A DNA stretch of 64,000 nucleotides from a virus. Numbering within the stretch: the first letter of the stretch is position 1; each line of letters begins with the position of its first letter. The notes beneath the pieces were generated by a model. That model did no database searches and was not told the origin of the DNA. It saw nothing but the letters and a program-made list of their open reading frames with translations. The position numbers and the translations under genes were made by a program. Shown piece after piece: positions 18,011-26,857 of this stretch. The DNA lies in IMG/VR virus record IMGVR_UViG_3300027782_000058, positions 1 through 64,000 of that record. One strand, 5' to 3'.

Positions 18011-18913
18011 TTGAGACTAATCGAAGTACACACAGACGACTACCGAAACTGGGTATTCGACACGTCGCACCCTACACAGGGGCGACGGTTCATCAAGGCG
18101 CACGAGCGGCTGCACGACCTCGCGGCAGGGCAAGGTGTTGATGTCAAGACCATCGAGTCTGACTATGTGCCAGACTTCCGGGTGATGCGGCTCGCGCATA
18201 GCGAGAGGTACATCGCTGAGGTGCTTGACGGGTACAGTGGCGAGTGGTCCGGACAGGACGAGGATCTCGGCATGCTCGCCCTCAGAATGTGCGGAGGGAC
18301 TCAACTGGCTCTTGACGCACTGCTGAGCGAGCGAGGTGTCTATCGGACTGCGGTCCACTTCCCCGGCGCGAAGCATCACGCGCAGTTCTCGCACTCAAGC
18401 GGGTTCTGTGTATTCGCTGACTTTGCCATTGCCGCGATCCGTGCGACGCAACTCGGCCTGCGAGTGGCGATCCTCGATATCGACGCGCATCACGGTGACG
18501 GCACGGAGAACCTGACGTATTCGAATCAGAGCATCCTGACGTACTCGATCCATGACGGGACGATCTTTCCCGGCACGGGTCACTACTCGGTGCCAAGCCA
18601 GCGGGTCTACAACGCTGCACTGGAAGCCGAGGCAGGGGATGCTCAACTTCACGAGAACGTCGAAGAGTTCATCCGGCTTGCCGGTGAGTTTAACGCTGAC
18701 TTGCTCATGATCGCGATGGGTGCCGATGGCCTGCGTAACGATCCTCTCTCTACGCTGACCTACAGTATTGGCGGGCTGACCCGCGCGGTCGCACTCGTTC
18801 GGTCGGAGTTCCCAGAACATCCGATCCTGCTCGGAGGAGCGGGCGGGTATCAGCCGGATACCGAGACGCCGGAAGTCTGGGCACAGATGGCAATCGCCGC
18901 GACCACCGGGTGA
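18011..18913 (+). CDS. Histone-deacetylase-family (AcuC/HDAC class I/II-like) Zn hydrolase
   Basis: GAKHHA, SGFCVFAD, ILDIDAHHGDGTE, SIH..FPGTG, GADGL..DPL, GAGGY. Confidence 0.93.
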   Translation: MRLIEVHTDDYRNWVFDTSHPTQGRRFIKAHERLHDLAAGQGVDVKTIESDYVPDFRVMRLAHSERYIAEVLDGYSGEWSGQDEDLGMLALRMCGGTQLALDALLSERGVYRTAVHFPGAKHHAQFSHSSGFCVFADFAIAAIRATQLGLRVAILDIDAHHGDGTENLTYSNQSILTYSIHDGTIFPGTGHYSVPSQRVYNAALEAEAGDAQLHENVEEFIRLAGEFNADLLMIAMGADGLRNDPLSTLTYSIGGLTRAVALVRSEFPEHPILLGGAGGYQPDTETPEVWAQMAIAATTG

Positions 18914-19050
18914 GCGAGAAAAAAAGTTTGGTGTCGCACTTCATCGCACTGTGGAAAACTCGATCCGATCTCGACTTGACAACGACTCTCTAATCAGGTA
19001 AGTTTAGTCCTGTCAGCAAGACCGCTGGCACAGACACTAGGGAGATCAAA

Positions 19051-19320
19051 ATGTCAGTTCCGCAGAGCACGCAGAGCGCAATCGAGAACGGCGCGAAGGG
19101 CTTCGAGTTCCGCGAGGATGGTTCCTTCGCAATGGCTAGCGGCCCGGACGCGGTAGCCCTCTACCGCCTCAAGGTCATCCAGAACGCTCTGGCCTTCGAG
19201 ATCAAGACCGGGATGAAGATGTCCCGAGCCTCCGCCCTCAAGGCCGCTAACGGGGCGCTGGGCACGACCTACCGCACGAAGCAGAAGGCCCTCGATCACC
19301 TCAACTCGATCCTCGGCTGA
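19051..19320 (+). CDS. Hypothetical protein
   Basis: Promoter 18976; CTAGGGAG RBS; terminator follows. Confidence 0.8.
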   Translation: MSVPQSTQSAIENGAKGFEFREDGSFAMASGPDAVALYRLKVIQNALAFEIKTGMKMSRASALKAANGALGTTYRTKQKALDHLNSILG

Positions 19321-19331
19321 GGCTCGGAAGG

Positions 19332-19359
19332 AAGCCCCCGCGAAAGCGGGGGCTTTTTT
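19332..19359 (+). terminator. Intrinsic terminator (GAAA loop)
   Basis: AAGCCCCCGC-GAAA-GCGGGGGCTTTTTT; the same stem recurs at 19819-19838. Confidence 0.9.
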
Positions 19360-19642
19360 CGTTTCTGAAAAAATCAGAAAAGCCCCGTCCAAAAAATCTT
19401 TGGAGCCCCGACTTCGACAGCACACAAAACAAAAGACCCCCGCCCGTAGGCGAGGGTCTTTTCCCCGCTGCCACGGTCACCGCCCCCCCTGTGGGGCGAT
19501 GAAAACCTACTGGAGTGGGAGTGCCCGCTCTGCGGCTACGGGGACACGTTCGATCCCCACGCCTAACAGAACTTGACAGCAGCCCTGAACTATGATTAGA
19601 TATACATATCGGCAGGGAGCCGAAGCCACTAGGGAGGCAGAC

Positions 19643-19807
19643 ATGATCGCAATCTTCTCGTACACCGAGGAACTGTTTGAAGACATCCGTCAGGCGGGTG
19701 CGCTCGACGCGGGGTACTACAGGGTAGGTGGCCAGTACGGCTACAGCCCCGACGGGGTGGGCGTCTACTGGTATGACTCCCGCGAGGAGATGCTCGCGAA
19801 TCACTGA
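19643..19807 (+). CDS. Hypothetical miniprotein
   Basis: Promoter 19572; CTAGGGAG RBS. Confidence 0.75.
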   Translation: MIAIFSYTEELFEDIRQAGALDAGYYRVGGQYGYSPDGVGVYWYDSREEMLANH

Positions 19808-19918
19808 CCAACTCAGTGGCCCCCGCGAAAGCGGGGGCTACTCCGGTCAACTTGACACATGAACGAATCTGTGGTTGAATATACCTATACAGAACGACAC
19901 CAACTAGGGAGGCCCCAA

Positions 19919-20071
19919 ATGAGCAAGAAGCAGAAGAAGGTCAAGGACATGTTCGTCGTGGCCCGTGCGGGTTACGTTCAGGACCAGAAGGTTCAGGTGT
20001 TCGCGCACCGGAACACCAAGCGCGCGAAGACGCGCGCCGCCCAGAAGGCCCGCGCCCTCACCGAATGGTGA
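19919..20071 (+). CDS. Basic miniprotein
   Basis: Promoter 19852; CTAGGGAG RBS; Lys/Arg-rich. Confidence 0.75.
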   Translation: MSKKQKKVKDMFVVARAGYVQDQKVQVFAHRNTKRAKTRAAQKARALTEW

Positions 20072-20287
20072 GGGCAGGGCCAATGGACGTGAAGACGAAG
20101 GCGCTAGAGGCGCAGGAAAAAATCTTTGGACTCCGGGTCAGTCGGCTCGCTTACGATCAAGAGTTGACAAGACTCAGGAAGTATGCTTAAATAGCACTAT
20201 CAACAAAGCACAACCCCGCACCGTGACCCCTTCGGGGGAGACCGCCACACAAGCAGGGTGCATGAGGTTCTAGGACAGAGATGCACC

Positions 20288-20368
20288 GCTCCCATAGCGC
20301 GCTGGTTGCGCGACATGTGCAAGACGAGCAAGAGCATGGTAGGTGGGTTCGATTCCCGCATGGGTGGC
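20288..20368 (+). ncRNA. tRNA-like element at the 3' end of an ORF-less transcript (about 20195-20408)
   Basis: D-arm GCGC-GCTGGTT-GCGC; T-arm GTGGG-TTCGATT-CCCGC; acceptor-like CCCAT/ATGGG; aberrant anticodon arm; no CCA; promoter 20164; terminator 20370-20408. Confidence 0.6.
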
Positions 20369-20539
20369 TGGAAAAACTGGGCAGTGATCCTGTCCAGTTT
20401 TTCCTTTTGGGGGAGGAAGGAAAAAATCTTTACTCAGCACTCCTTCGCCGCCGGGAATCTTGACAACTGTCAGAGACCTATGCTTTAATGTACATGTCGG
20501 CAGGGAGCCGACAACCAAACGCCTAGGGAGGCGACAGAA

Positions 20540-20827
20540 GTGCAGACCACTAACCTCGACAAGAAGAACCGTTCTTGGTGCGCGTTCGAAGCCCTGTTCA
20601 TGCGTTACGAGCGGTCGGGGCGCAACGAGACCCTGCTCCCTCGCATGGCCATGCAGTCGGCTTTCGAGTGGGCGATGGACAGTGCGGAGCGCAAGGAGTT
20701 CTACGAGATGATCCTCTTCGCCGCGCAGACAGAGATCGAGGGCGACTACATGCTCCTCAATGAGGAGACCGGCGAGTACGAGTGGGCCACCGAGGAGCAG
20801 GCGAACGAGAGCCGCTGGAGGGCGTAG
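20540..20827 (+). CDS. Hypothetical protein
   Basis: Promoter 20460; CTAGGGAG RBS. Confidence 0.75.
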   Translation: MQTTNLDKKNRSWCAFEALFMRYERSGRNETLLPRMAMQSAFEWAMDSAERKEFYEMILFAAQTEIEGDYMLLNEETGEYEWATEEQANESRWRA

Positions 20828-20954
20828 GGCGGCGGGCAGGGTCGCTCCCTAGCGGCCCTGCCCATTCCTCTCGCCGACAGAAGTTGACAGCACTACAGAA
20901 GTATGGTTAGATAGAGATATCGGCAGGGAGCCGAAACGACACAAGGAGCCAAAG

Positions 20955-21122
20955 ATGCCCATCGTTACCCTCAGCAACGGAGAGAAGATCAAGGTCGCCC
21001 CGAAGCCGAAGATGCCTTTCGGTCCCGACCGCTGCTGCAAGTGCGGTGCCTATGCTTACCAGTGGTACGGCTACTGGGCTCAGCCGTTCTGCCGCACACA
21101 TGAGCGAAAGGACGGGATCTAA
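20955..21122 (+). CDS. Zinc-finger miniprotein (55 aa)
   Basis: Promoter 20884; AAGGAG RBS; CCKCG...FCRTH; terminator 21130-21163. Confidence 0.7.
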   Translation: MPIVTLSNGEKIKVAPKPKMPFGPDRCCKCGAYAYQWYGYWAQPFCRTHERKDGI

Positions 21123-21357
21123 TCCCCAAACAAACAGCCCCGCTTAGGCGGGGTTTTTGTTGTTCCGAGGTGATGTAGGGCAGCAGAAAAAATCTTTACT
21201 CTGACTCCGGGGATCCATTTCGTCACGCGGACATTCCCCCACATCAAGGCAGTGAGAACATTTCCCCGCATCAGTAGGGATTGACAACTAAAGAACTTGC
21301 CTGCTAAGATTCACTTATTCGGCAAACAGCCGGGTTGACGCACATACGGAGGACATA

Positions 21358-21639
21358 ATGCTCACAAGAGAAGGCATCTTCGAGAAGTTCGGCCCGAGGG
21401 CAAGGGTTGCACAGGACGGATTCCAGTTCGATGGAATTGTGGTCTACGCCCACAACTGGCTTATCGATCAGCACAAGGTCGTATGGGCGGGCGAGTTCTT
21501 CGGAACTGTCGGATACTCCAACGTCACCGAGTTCCTCGACTCGTTCAAGAGTTGGTGTGATGAGCAAGGCACTTGGGTTCCAGTTGTCGCCCTACTTGGT
21601 AACTCTCGCACTGGAGAAAGCCACTTCATGTCAATCTGA
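21358..21639 (+). CDS. Hypothetical protein
   Basis: GGAGG RBS; promoter 21281. Confidence 0.75.
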   Translation: MLTREGIFEKFGPRARVAQDGFQFDGIVVYAHNWLIDQHKVVWAGEFFGTVGYSNVTEFLDSFKSWCDEQGTWVPVVALLGNSRTGESHFMSI

Positions 21640-21749
21640 GCCGGGAGGGGAGCCGAGGAAACTTGGCTCCCCAACCTACTTGACATCTGCTCAAAAGTAC
21701 GGTTGGATAGAGATATCGGCAGGGAGCCGAAAGAACCTAGGGAGCCAAG

Positions 21750-21938
21750 ATGATCAACGTAATCGACGAGAAGATGACCTCCAGTGGCAACTGGGCCGGT
21801 ACTTGCACCGAGTGCAAGGAGATCGTCACCGGAATGGACGACTTCGACGAGGACCGTGGCTGGATGTTCATCGGATGGTTCCACGAGGGACAGAGGTCAA
21901 CCTCCAAGTGGGATCCCTGTCCTCGAAAGGGGGCCTGA
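21750..21938 (+). CDS. Hypothetical miniprotein
   Basis: Promoter 21680; CTAGGGAG RBS; CTEC. Confidence 0.75.
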   Translation: MINVIDEKMTSSGNWAGTCTECKEIVTGMDDFDEDRGWMFIGWFHEGQRSTSKWDPCPRKGA

Positions 21939-22150
21939 AGAGTCGGTATGATGGCTAGGTGGAGATAGACATCGTTGACACATACGGATGGCTCGAACAC
22001 GGAGTCTTCCTGTCTATGACCACAGAAGAGTTGGCAGAACTGAGATTCGCTCTCTCGATAGCCTCAGCACATGGAATAAAGATGGACATCATTGACGAGT
22101 TTCTAAGGGTTACAGACTGAACAAACCAAACGACAAAGGAGAAAAAGACA

Positions 22151-22387
22151 ATGCCTGACCTAATGAACGCACCGCCCACCGACCGAGTGATCCTCGCCGT
22201 TACCGCACTTCACATGGAGTGGGAGGCAGCAGACAAGAACTTCACAGAGAGCATGGTGGAGGACACTGCTAAACGCTGGAGCCTGTCTGAGGAAGAGGCT
22301 GAGGACATCGCCAACTTCCTCTGTGAATTCGTCATGGACATGCGGGCTGATGCCGAGGATGATGGATTCGAAGGGGACGAAGACTAA
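22151..22387 (+). CDS. Acidic hypothetical protein
   Basis: AAGGAG RBS; very acidic. Confidence 0.7.
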   Translation: MPDLMNAPPTDRVILAVTALHMEWEAADKNFTESMVEDTAKRWSLSEEEAEDIANFLCEFVMDMRADAEDDGFEGDED

Positions 22388-22691
22388 CAAGAGGCGTAAG
22401 CCGTGAGTGCGCTTGTGCGGGAAAGATGGATATGCTTATGACCCGCTAACCACGGCAGCAGGAGGTGTTGGCGAACTCCCTGCGCTGATCCTGTCGAGAA
22501 GCCCCCGGACTCATACTCCGGGGGTCTTTCGTTTTCTTCCTCTGCTCGCCGGGTGACGGGGTAAAGATTTTTTCCTCTCGCGTGGAAACTGACCCGCGAT
22601 GGCTTCGCAATAGAACTTGACAACTGCTTCTCAAAGGAGTAACGTATGTCTTGTCGCTCCAACCGGGGGCGCGCGCCCAAGGGAGGCACCC

Positions 22692-22964
22692 ATGTCCGAC
22701 AGCCGCTACTCCAACGCCGCGCTTCGCGCGGACCTCAACTCCACCTCGCGCGGTCCCCGCGTGCGGGCAGAGATCCTGCTCACCGTGCCCGAGGAGGTGC
22801 GCGCGGAACTTAGCGCAGAAGCGTGGACACTCGGTAACCTGCGTAACGGTGGCCGACCCTCTGACGACCTGCGCGAGGCCGTCCGCGTCTGGCGTGAGAC
22901 CGGGAAGTTCCCCGCCCGCGCCTACGCGGCAGAGTGGCGCGAGCGCAATCAGCGTCGCTTCTGA
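22692..22964 (+). CDS. Hypothetical protein
   Basis: Promoter 22616; CAAGGGAGG RBS; terminator 22975-23005. Confidence 0.75.
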   Translation: MSDSRYSNAALRADLNSTSRGPRVRAEILLTVPEEVRAELSAEAWTLGNLRNGGRPSDDLREAVRVWRETGKFPARAYAAEWRERNQRRF

Positions 22965-23046
22965 TCCGCAAGCGAAGGGACTCCCCTCCGGGGGAGTCCC
23001 TTTCGTATGCCCGGAGCAGTTAGGAAAATTCTTTGATACACTCGCG

Positions 23047-23140
23047 GTGTCTGCTTGAGCAACTCCCTATGCTCGTGGACACAGGTGGGACCCCCGCCGC
23101 GACTAGCGCCGTCACTCCCTAGACGGCGCTAGTTGCTTTA
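23047..23140. ncRNA. Candidate structured RNA with two identical ACUCCCUA hairpin loops
   Basis: GAGCA-actcccta-TGCTC (23057-23074) and ACTAGCGCCGTC-actcccta-GACGGCGCTAGT (23102-23133); TACACT -10 at 23037; no ORF. Confidence 0.65.
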
Positions 23141-23170
23141 CAGGGTTCTTTTCTGGGATATGGTTCCGAC

Positions 23171-23422
23171 ATGAGCGAATACCAAATTGTGGACCGAGCG
23201 TTTCATCATAACGGGAACGCGGTGCCGTTCGTCGCTGCACTTGTTGACGACGCCGAGAACGATGACGTAAAACTGGTCATCATGTTCGAGGACGAGGATT
23301 ACACCGCAGTTTTCTCACTCGACCGACTTCTTGATGATGAGGACATCTCAGCCAAGACCAACTCGTGGAGCGGTAGTCGATTCGAGTTTCTTCGAGACCT
23401 GCTCTGGAACGACGAGAACTAG
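23171..23422 (+). CDS. Hypothetical protein
   Basis: FHHNGN..PF motif; acidic. Confidence 0.7.
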   Translation: MSEYQIVDRAFHHNGNAVPFVAALVDDAENDDVKLVIMFEDEDYTAVFSLDRLLDDEDISAKTNSWSGSRFEFLRDLLWNDEN

Positions 23423-23429
23423 CCCGCCC

Positions 23430-24002
23430 ATGACTACCATCGCCGCGATTCAGGGAAAGAACTTCGCTGTTGTCGGATTCGATTCGATGGTCACGGAAGA
23501 CAACGGCAGGTTTTTCACACTCCCATCGGACATGCCAAAGGTTGTCAAAGACGAGAACTGCCTGTTTGGAGCATCCGGAGACCTGAGGTTGATCAACCTG
23601 CTTTCGATCTCCAACTTCGACAAGCCGATGGAAAGTTTTAAAGGCCGAGCACTCGATGTCTGGGTAGGCGGAATCTTCATCCCAGAACTCAGAGAAGTCT
23701 TGGAAGAAGGGCTTCCGTCTGAGAAAGAAGGCTCCTACGAGGGAACCATCATCGCGGTCTTTAATGGAGTCATCTACGAGGTAGGCCCTAACTACGAGTG
23801 GATCCGTTCGACGAACGGACTTTACGCACTCGGCTCCGGCGGAAGTTACGCGCTCGGGAACCTTCAGGCTGCGGAGCCGGGGATCTACAAAAATTCTTTA
23901 CTCGCTGAGCAGGCCGTCCGCCGAGCGGTAAAGGCAGCGATCAAGTACGACTATCGATCTCGCGGGCCGGTTCGGGCTCTTACCGTTCATGCCCCGGCTT
24001 GA
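23430..24002 (+). CDS. Proteasome-beta/HslV-like Ntn threonine protease
   Basis: N-terminal MTTIAA (Thr1 nucleophile), GFDS, KV, GASGD, ALGSGGSYALG, A..YD..SRGP. Confidence 0.85.
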   Translation: MTTIAAIQGKNFAVVGFDSMVTEDNGRFFTLPSDMPKVVKDENCLFGASGDLRLINLLSISNFDKPMESFKGRALDVWVGGIFIPELREVLEEGLPSEKEGSYEGTIIAVFNGVIYEVGPNYEWIRSTNGLYALGSGGSYALGNLQAAEPGIYKNSLLAEQAVRRAVKAAIKYDYRSRGPVRALTVHAPA

Positions 24003-24073
24003 CAGACCGAGACCCATGTATGTAGTCTTATAGAAGTAGAACAACAACACCAATGACATAGGAGAAAAACATC

Positions 24074-24751
24074 GTGATCAAAAATACGGAAAACGCCCTC
24101 GATGACATCATCGAGCGTCGATCAAAGGGAGAGACCCTGCAGTCAATCGCCAACGACTACGGCGTGACGCGGGAGCGAATCCGGCAAATCGCTGGATCGG
24201 ATGCTAGTGCATCGGCTCGGACCCTACGCAAGGAACGACGTGAGCAGAGTCTCGAACGACTCCGGGTTGATCGGGAAGAGGCTCGGATCAAGGCATTGCT
24301 TGCCCCCTACGAGGAGAAGTCAAAGCGTTGGTCAGACGAGGACATTCTTGCTTGCCTGCGTGAGGCTGCCGCTACTGTCGGTGCGGACACAATCTCCATC
24401 AAGAAGTACAACGGACTTGTGCCGCTGATGGATATCCCATCAAGTGCAACGGTTACCCTCAGGTTCAACTCATGGAACGATGCGCTTGAGGCTGCCGGGC
24501 TTAAGGCTGCCAACTCATCGCGGGTTCAGCCTTTCTACAAGCGGGAAGATGCCGTCGCATCTGTCAAGGCGTACCTCGCCGAAAAGTGGGAGTCCGGCTC
24601 GTTGAGCATGGGATCGCAGAAGTACGACGAGTGGCGACTCTCTCAGAAGCCAACTACTCACCCGATTCCGTCTGCTGCCCTCATCGTTCGCCGATGGGGA
24701 TGGGCAAACGTTCGTGCCGAGGCTGCGAGTCAGATGCTCGCCGAGCGCTGA
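24074..24751 (+). CDS. HTH DNA-binding protein with homing-endonuclease-associated repeats
   Basis: TLQSIANDYGVTRERIRQI (sigma region 4-like HTH); PSSATVTLRFNSWNDALEAAGL repeat. Confidence 0.75.
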   Translation: MIKNTENALDDIIERRSKGETLQSIANDYGVTRERIRQIAGSDASASARTLRKERREQSLERLRVDREEARIKALLAPYEEKSKRWSDEDILACLREAAATVGADTISIKKYNGLVPLMDIPSSATVTLRFNSWNDALEAAGLKAANSSRVQPFYKREDAVASVKAYLAEKWESGSLSMGSQKYDEWRLSQKPTTHPIPSAALIVRRWGWANVRAEAASQMLAER

Positions 24752-24793
24752 TCTCGCAGTCAATGACAAAGTGACGAAAGGAACTTACTGCTC

Positions 24794-25768
24794 ATGCGTG
24801 CAACAGACACGCTCGATTTGCGGGCAGACCTGAAGACAAAGGTCGACGACTTCAGGTACGCCAAGACAATGGAACATCACCTGATCCTTGACTTCACGCG
24901 GGCTAAGCCAAATGAGAATCCGCGTCCAGCCGAAACACTCGCGGAAGCATTCGTTGTCGCGGCTCAGCATGCGGCCCGAGATGGGGAAAATTTCTTTGTC
25001 TCGGCAGATATGTGCGATCTCGTCTCGTTCTCTGCTCGGATGCTTGACTCGACGGACTTCATGGATGTCACACTCGCCCCATCAAAATCTGGGTTCTGCT
25101 ACTTCGAGGCTCCAATCGAGATCAAGGACAATCGCGGGCAGACATTAAAAATCAACGCTTTCCTCTGGCAGCAAGTTGCCGTCAGAGGTGGCGGGGAGGC
25201 AGTGCTACTGCACATGTGGAATGACGAGTATCGAACTCCGGATGATGCGGCAGAGAAGGGCCGAACTGCACTGAAGCGTGCTGAGATGATCGGACGATGG
25301 GGATACATCGGATCACAGACATATGTCAACAATGATCCTCTCGGAGATGAGTTTCAACCGATGATGTCTGAGGAGGCTGCCAGACTTTACGAAGAGGAAG
25401 GATCGACTCCGCATCAGACGACAAATGTCATGCGGATCGCTCATGCTCTATGGCTGATGCTCGGGCAGACAATCACGTCATCGACGAAAGAGTCCGGTGA
25501 TAAGCGTCAGGAACGTGAGATGAAATGGATGGACCTACCGAACGATGTCACGGTCATTCAACTTCGACGCTCAGAAAGTAAGCCCCGTGAGGGAGAAAGT
25601 GCAGTCGAGTGGAAGCATCGTTGGATCACACGCGGGCACTGGAGATGGCAGCCGTACAAAGAAAAAGGGGAATGGATTCGGAAGCGAATCTGGATTAATC
25701 CTTACGTCAAGGGTCCGGGTGATAAGCCTCTAATCCTGACTCGGAAGGTAAACGCGCTTGTTCGGTAG
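24794..25768 (+). CDS. Conserved hypothetical phage protein
   Basis: C-terminal HRWITRGHWRWQ...IWINPYVKGP motif. Confidence 0.8.
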   Translation: MRATDTLDLRADLKTKVDDFRYAKTMEHHLILDFTRAKPNENPRPAETLAEAFVVAAQHAARDGENFFVSADMCDLVSFSARMLDSTDFMDVTLAPSKSGFCYFEAPIEIKDNRGQTLKINAFLWQQVAVRGGGEAVLLHMWNDEYRTPDDAAEKGRTALKRAEMIGRWGYIGSQTYVNNDPLGDEFQPMMSEEAARLYEEEGSTPHQTTNVMRIAHALWLMLGQTITSSTKESGDKRQEREMKWMDLPNDVTVIQLRRSESKPREGESAVEWKHRWITRGHWRWQPYKEKGEWIRKRIWINPYVKGPGDKPLILTRKVNALVR

Positions 25769-25861
25769 GCGCGACACGCCGAATCTGAAATACACGGGTG
25801 TGATGCCTGACTGCGTTATGATGGTTCTACCAGCAAAACACAACAACTTAGGGAGACCACA

Positions 25862-26026
25862 ATGAACAACGTCAGGCTCACCACCCGTGGCAAGATCGTT
25901 CTTGCAATCATCGCTACCGTTGCACTGCTCGGACTGAACTGGGCAATCTCAGGAAAGTCACTTGCTTGTGATTGGAGGCACGGGATTACCAAGTGTGAGG
26001 TCATCACAATCGAAGGGAAGGGGTGA
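25862..26026 (+). CDS. Small membrane protein (54 aa)
   Basis: TTAGGGAG RBS; RLTTRG followed by a TM helix. Confidence 0.7.
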   Translation: MNNVRLTTRGKIVLAIIATVALLGLNWAISGKSLACDWRHGITKCEVITIEGKG

Positions 26027-26033
26027 GGAAGGG

Positions 26034-26204
26034 ATGTCAAAGATTTTTTCCACGTTCCGGCGCGTAGTCTGGTCGTCGGTCCTCGCGGTTCTGCTTTTTC
26101 TCGGTAGTCTCTACGCGGTCCATCTTGGAGACAATCTGCTTACGTTGGCACTTGCCATCGGTGGAAACACGTTTGCACTGCTAGCACTTCGAGCATCCCG
26201 CTGA
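26034..26204 (+). CDS. Small two-TM membrane protein
   Basis: Two hydrophobic helices. Confidence 0.6.
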   Translation: MSKIFSTFRRVVWSSVLAVLLFLGSLYAVHLGDNLLTLALAIGGNTFALLALRASR

Positions 26205-26274
26205 CTTGACAAGTGACGAATCGAGGAGTAGGCTGAGCCCACTGGCTCATCCACCCACACCCACGGAGGACACA

Positions 26275-26835
26275 ATGACAACCACCCTTTACCCCGCGAG
26301 CGAGCGTCAGGTCGCTTTCATCACGTCCCTGCTCGCGGACCGCGTGATTCCGGACGCCGACGCCGTGCGCGCCGAACTCCCGACGCTAGACAAGCGTCGC
26401 GCGTCGGCGCTGATCGAGCGCCTGCTGCAGGCCCCTAAGGCCGCTCGGACTGCTGCGGCGACCCGTAGCGGCAACCCCGCGCTCGCGGGCATCCCGCACT
26501 CGAAGTACGCCGTGCGCGTCAGCGACATCGAGGTCGCGGCTGATGTCGCGGGAATCGCCCTCGCGGGTGACCTGCTGTTCGTCGAGGTCAAGGAGTACCG
26601 GGGCACGGTCTACATGCGCCGCCTGACCGGCGCTCCCGGTGCGTTCACCCGCTCGCGTATGCCGCGCGGGCTGGAGGATGACATCATCCGCGTGATCGCT
26701 GCGGACCCTTACGGGCACACCCGCCTGTTCGGCGAGCACTACCGCTGCTGCGGCAAGTGCGGGGCGGAACTCACGGACGAGGAGTCGCGCCGCCTGATGC
26801 TCGGCCCGGTGTGCCGGAGGGCATTCGGGGTCTAG
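26275..26835 (+). CDS. DUF6011-like zinc-finger protein
   Basis: ASERQVAFI N-terminus; CCGKCGAELTDEESRRLMLGPVC. Confidence 0.8.
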   Translation: MTTTLYPASERQVAFITSLLADRVIPDADAVRAELPTLDKRRASALIERLLQAPKAARTAAATRSGNPALAGIPHSKYAVRVSDIEVAADVAGIALAGDLLFVEVKEYRGTVYMRRLTGAPGAFTRSRMPRGLEDDIIRVIAADPYGHTRLFGEHYRCCGKCGAELTDEESRRLMLGPVCRRAFGV

Positions 26836-26857
26836 CCCCTCTCATGGAGAAGCCGCC

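Noticed and set aside
19535-19562. tRNA suggested by GGGGACACGTTCGATCCCC
   Set aside because: Only a T-loop-like hairpin, with no D-arm, anticodon arm or acceptor stem.
24074-24751. Mobile homing endonuclease or sigma factor
   Set aside because: It has an HTH and associated repeats but no HNH or GIY-YIG catalytic motif and no sigma region 2.
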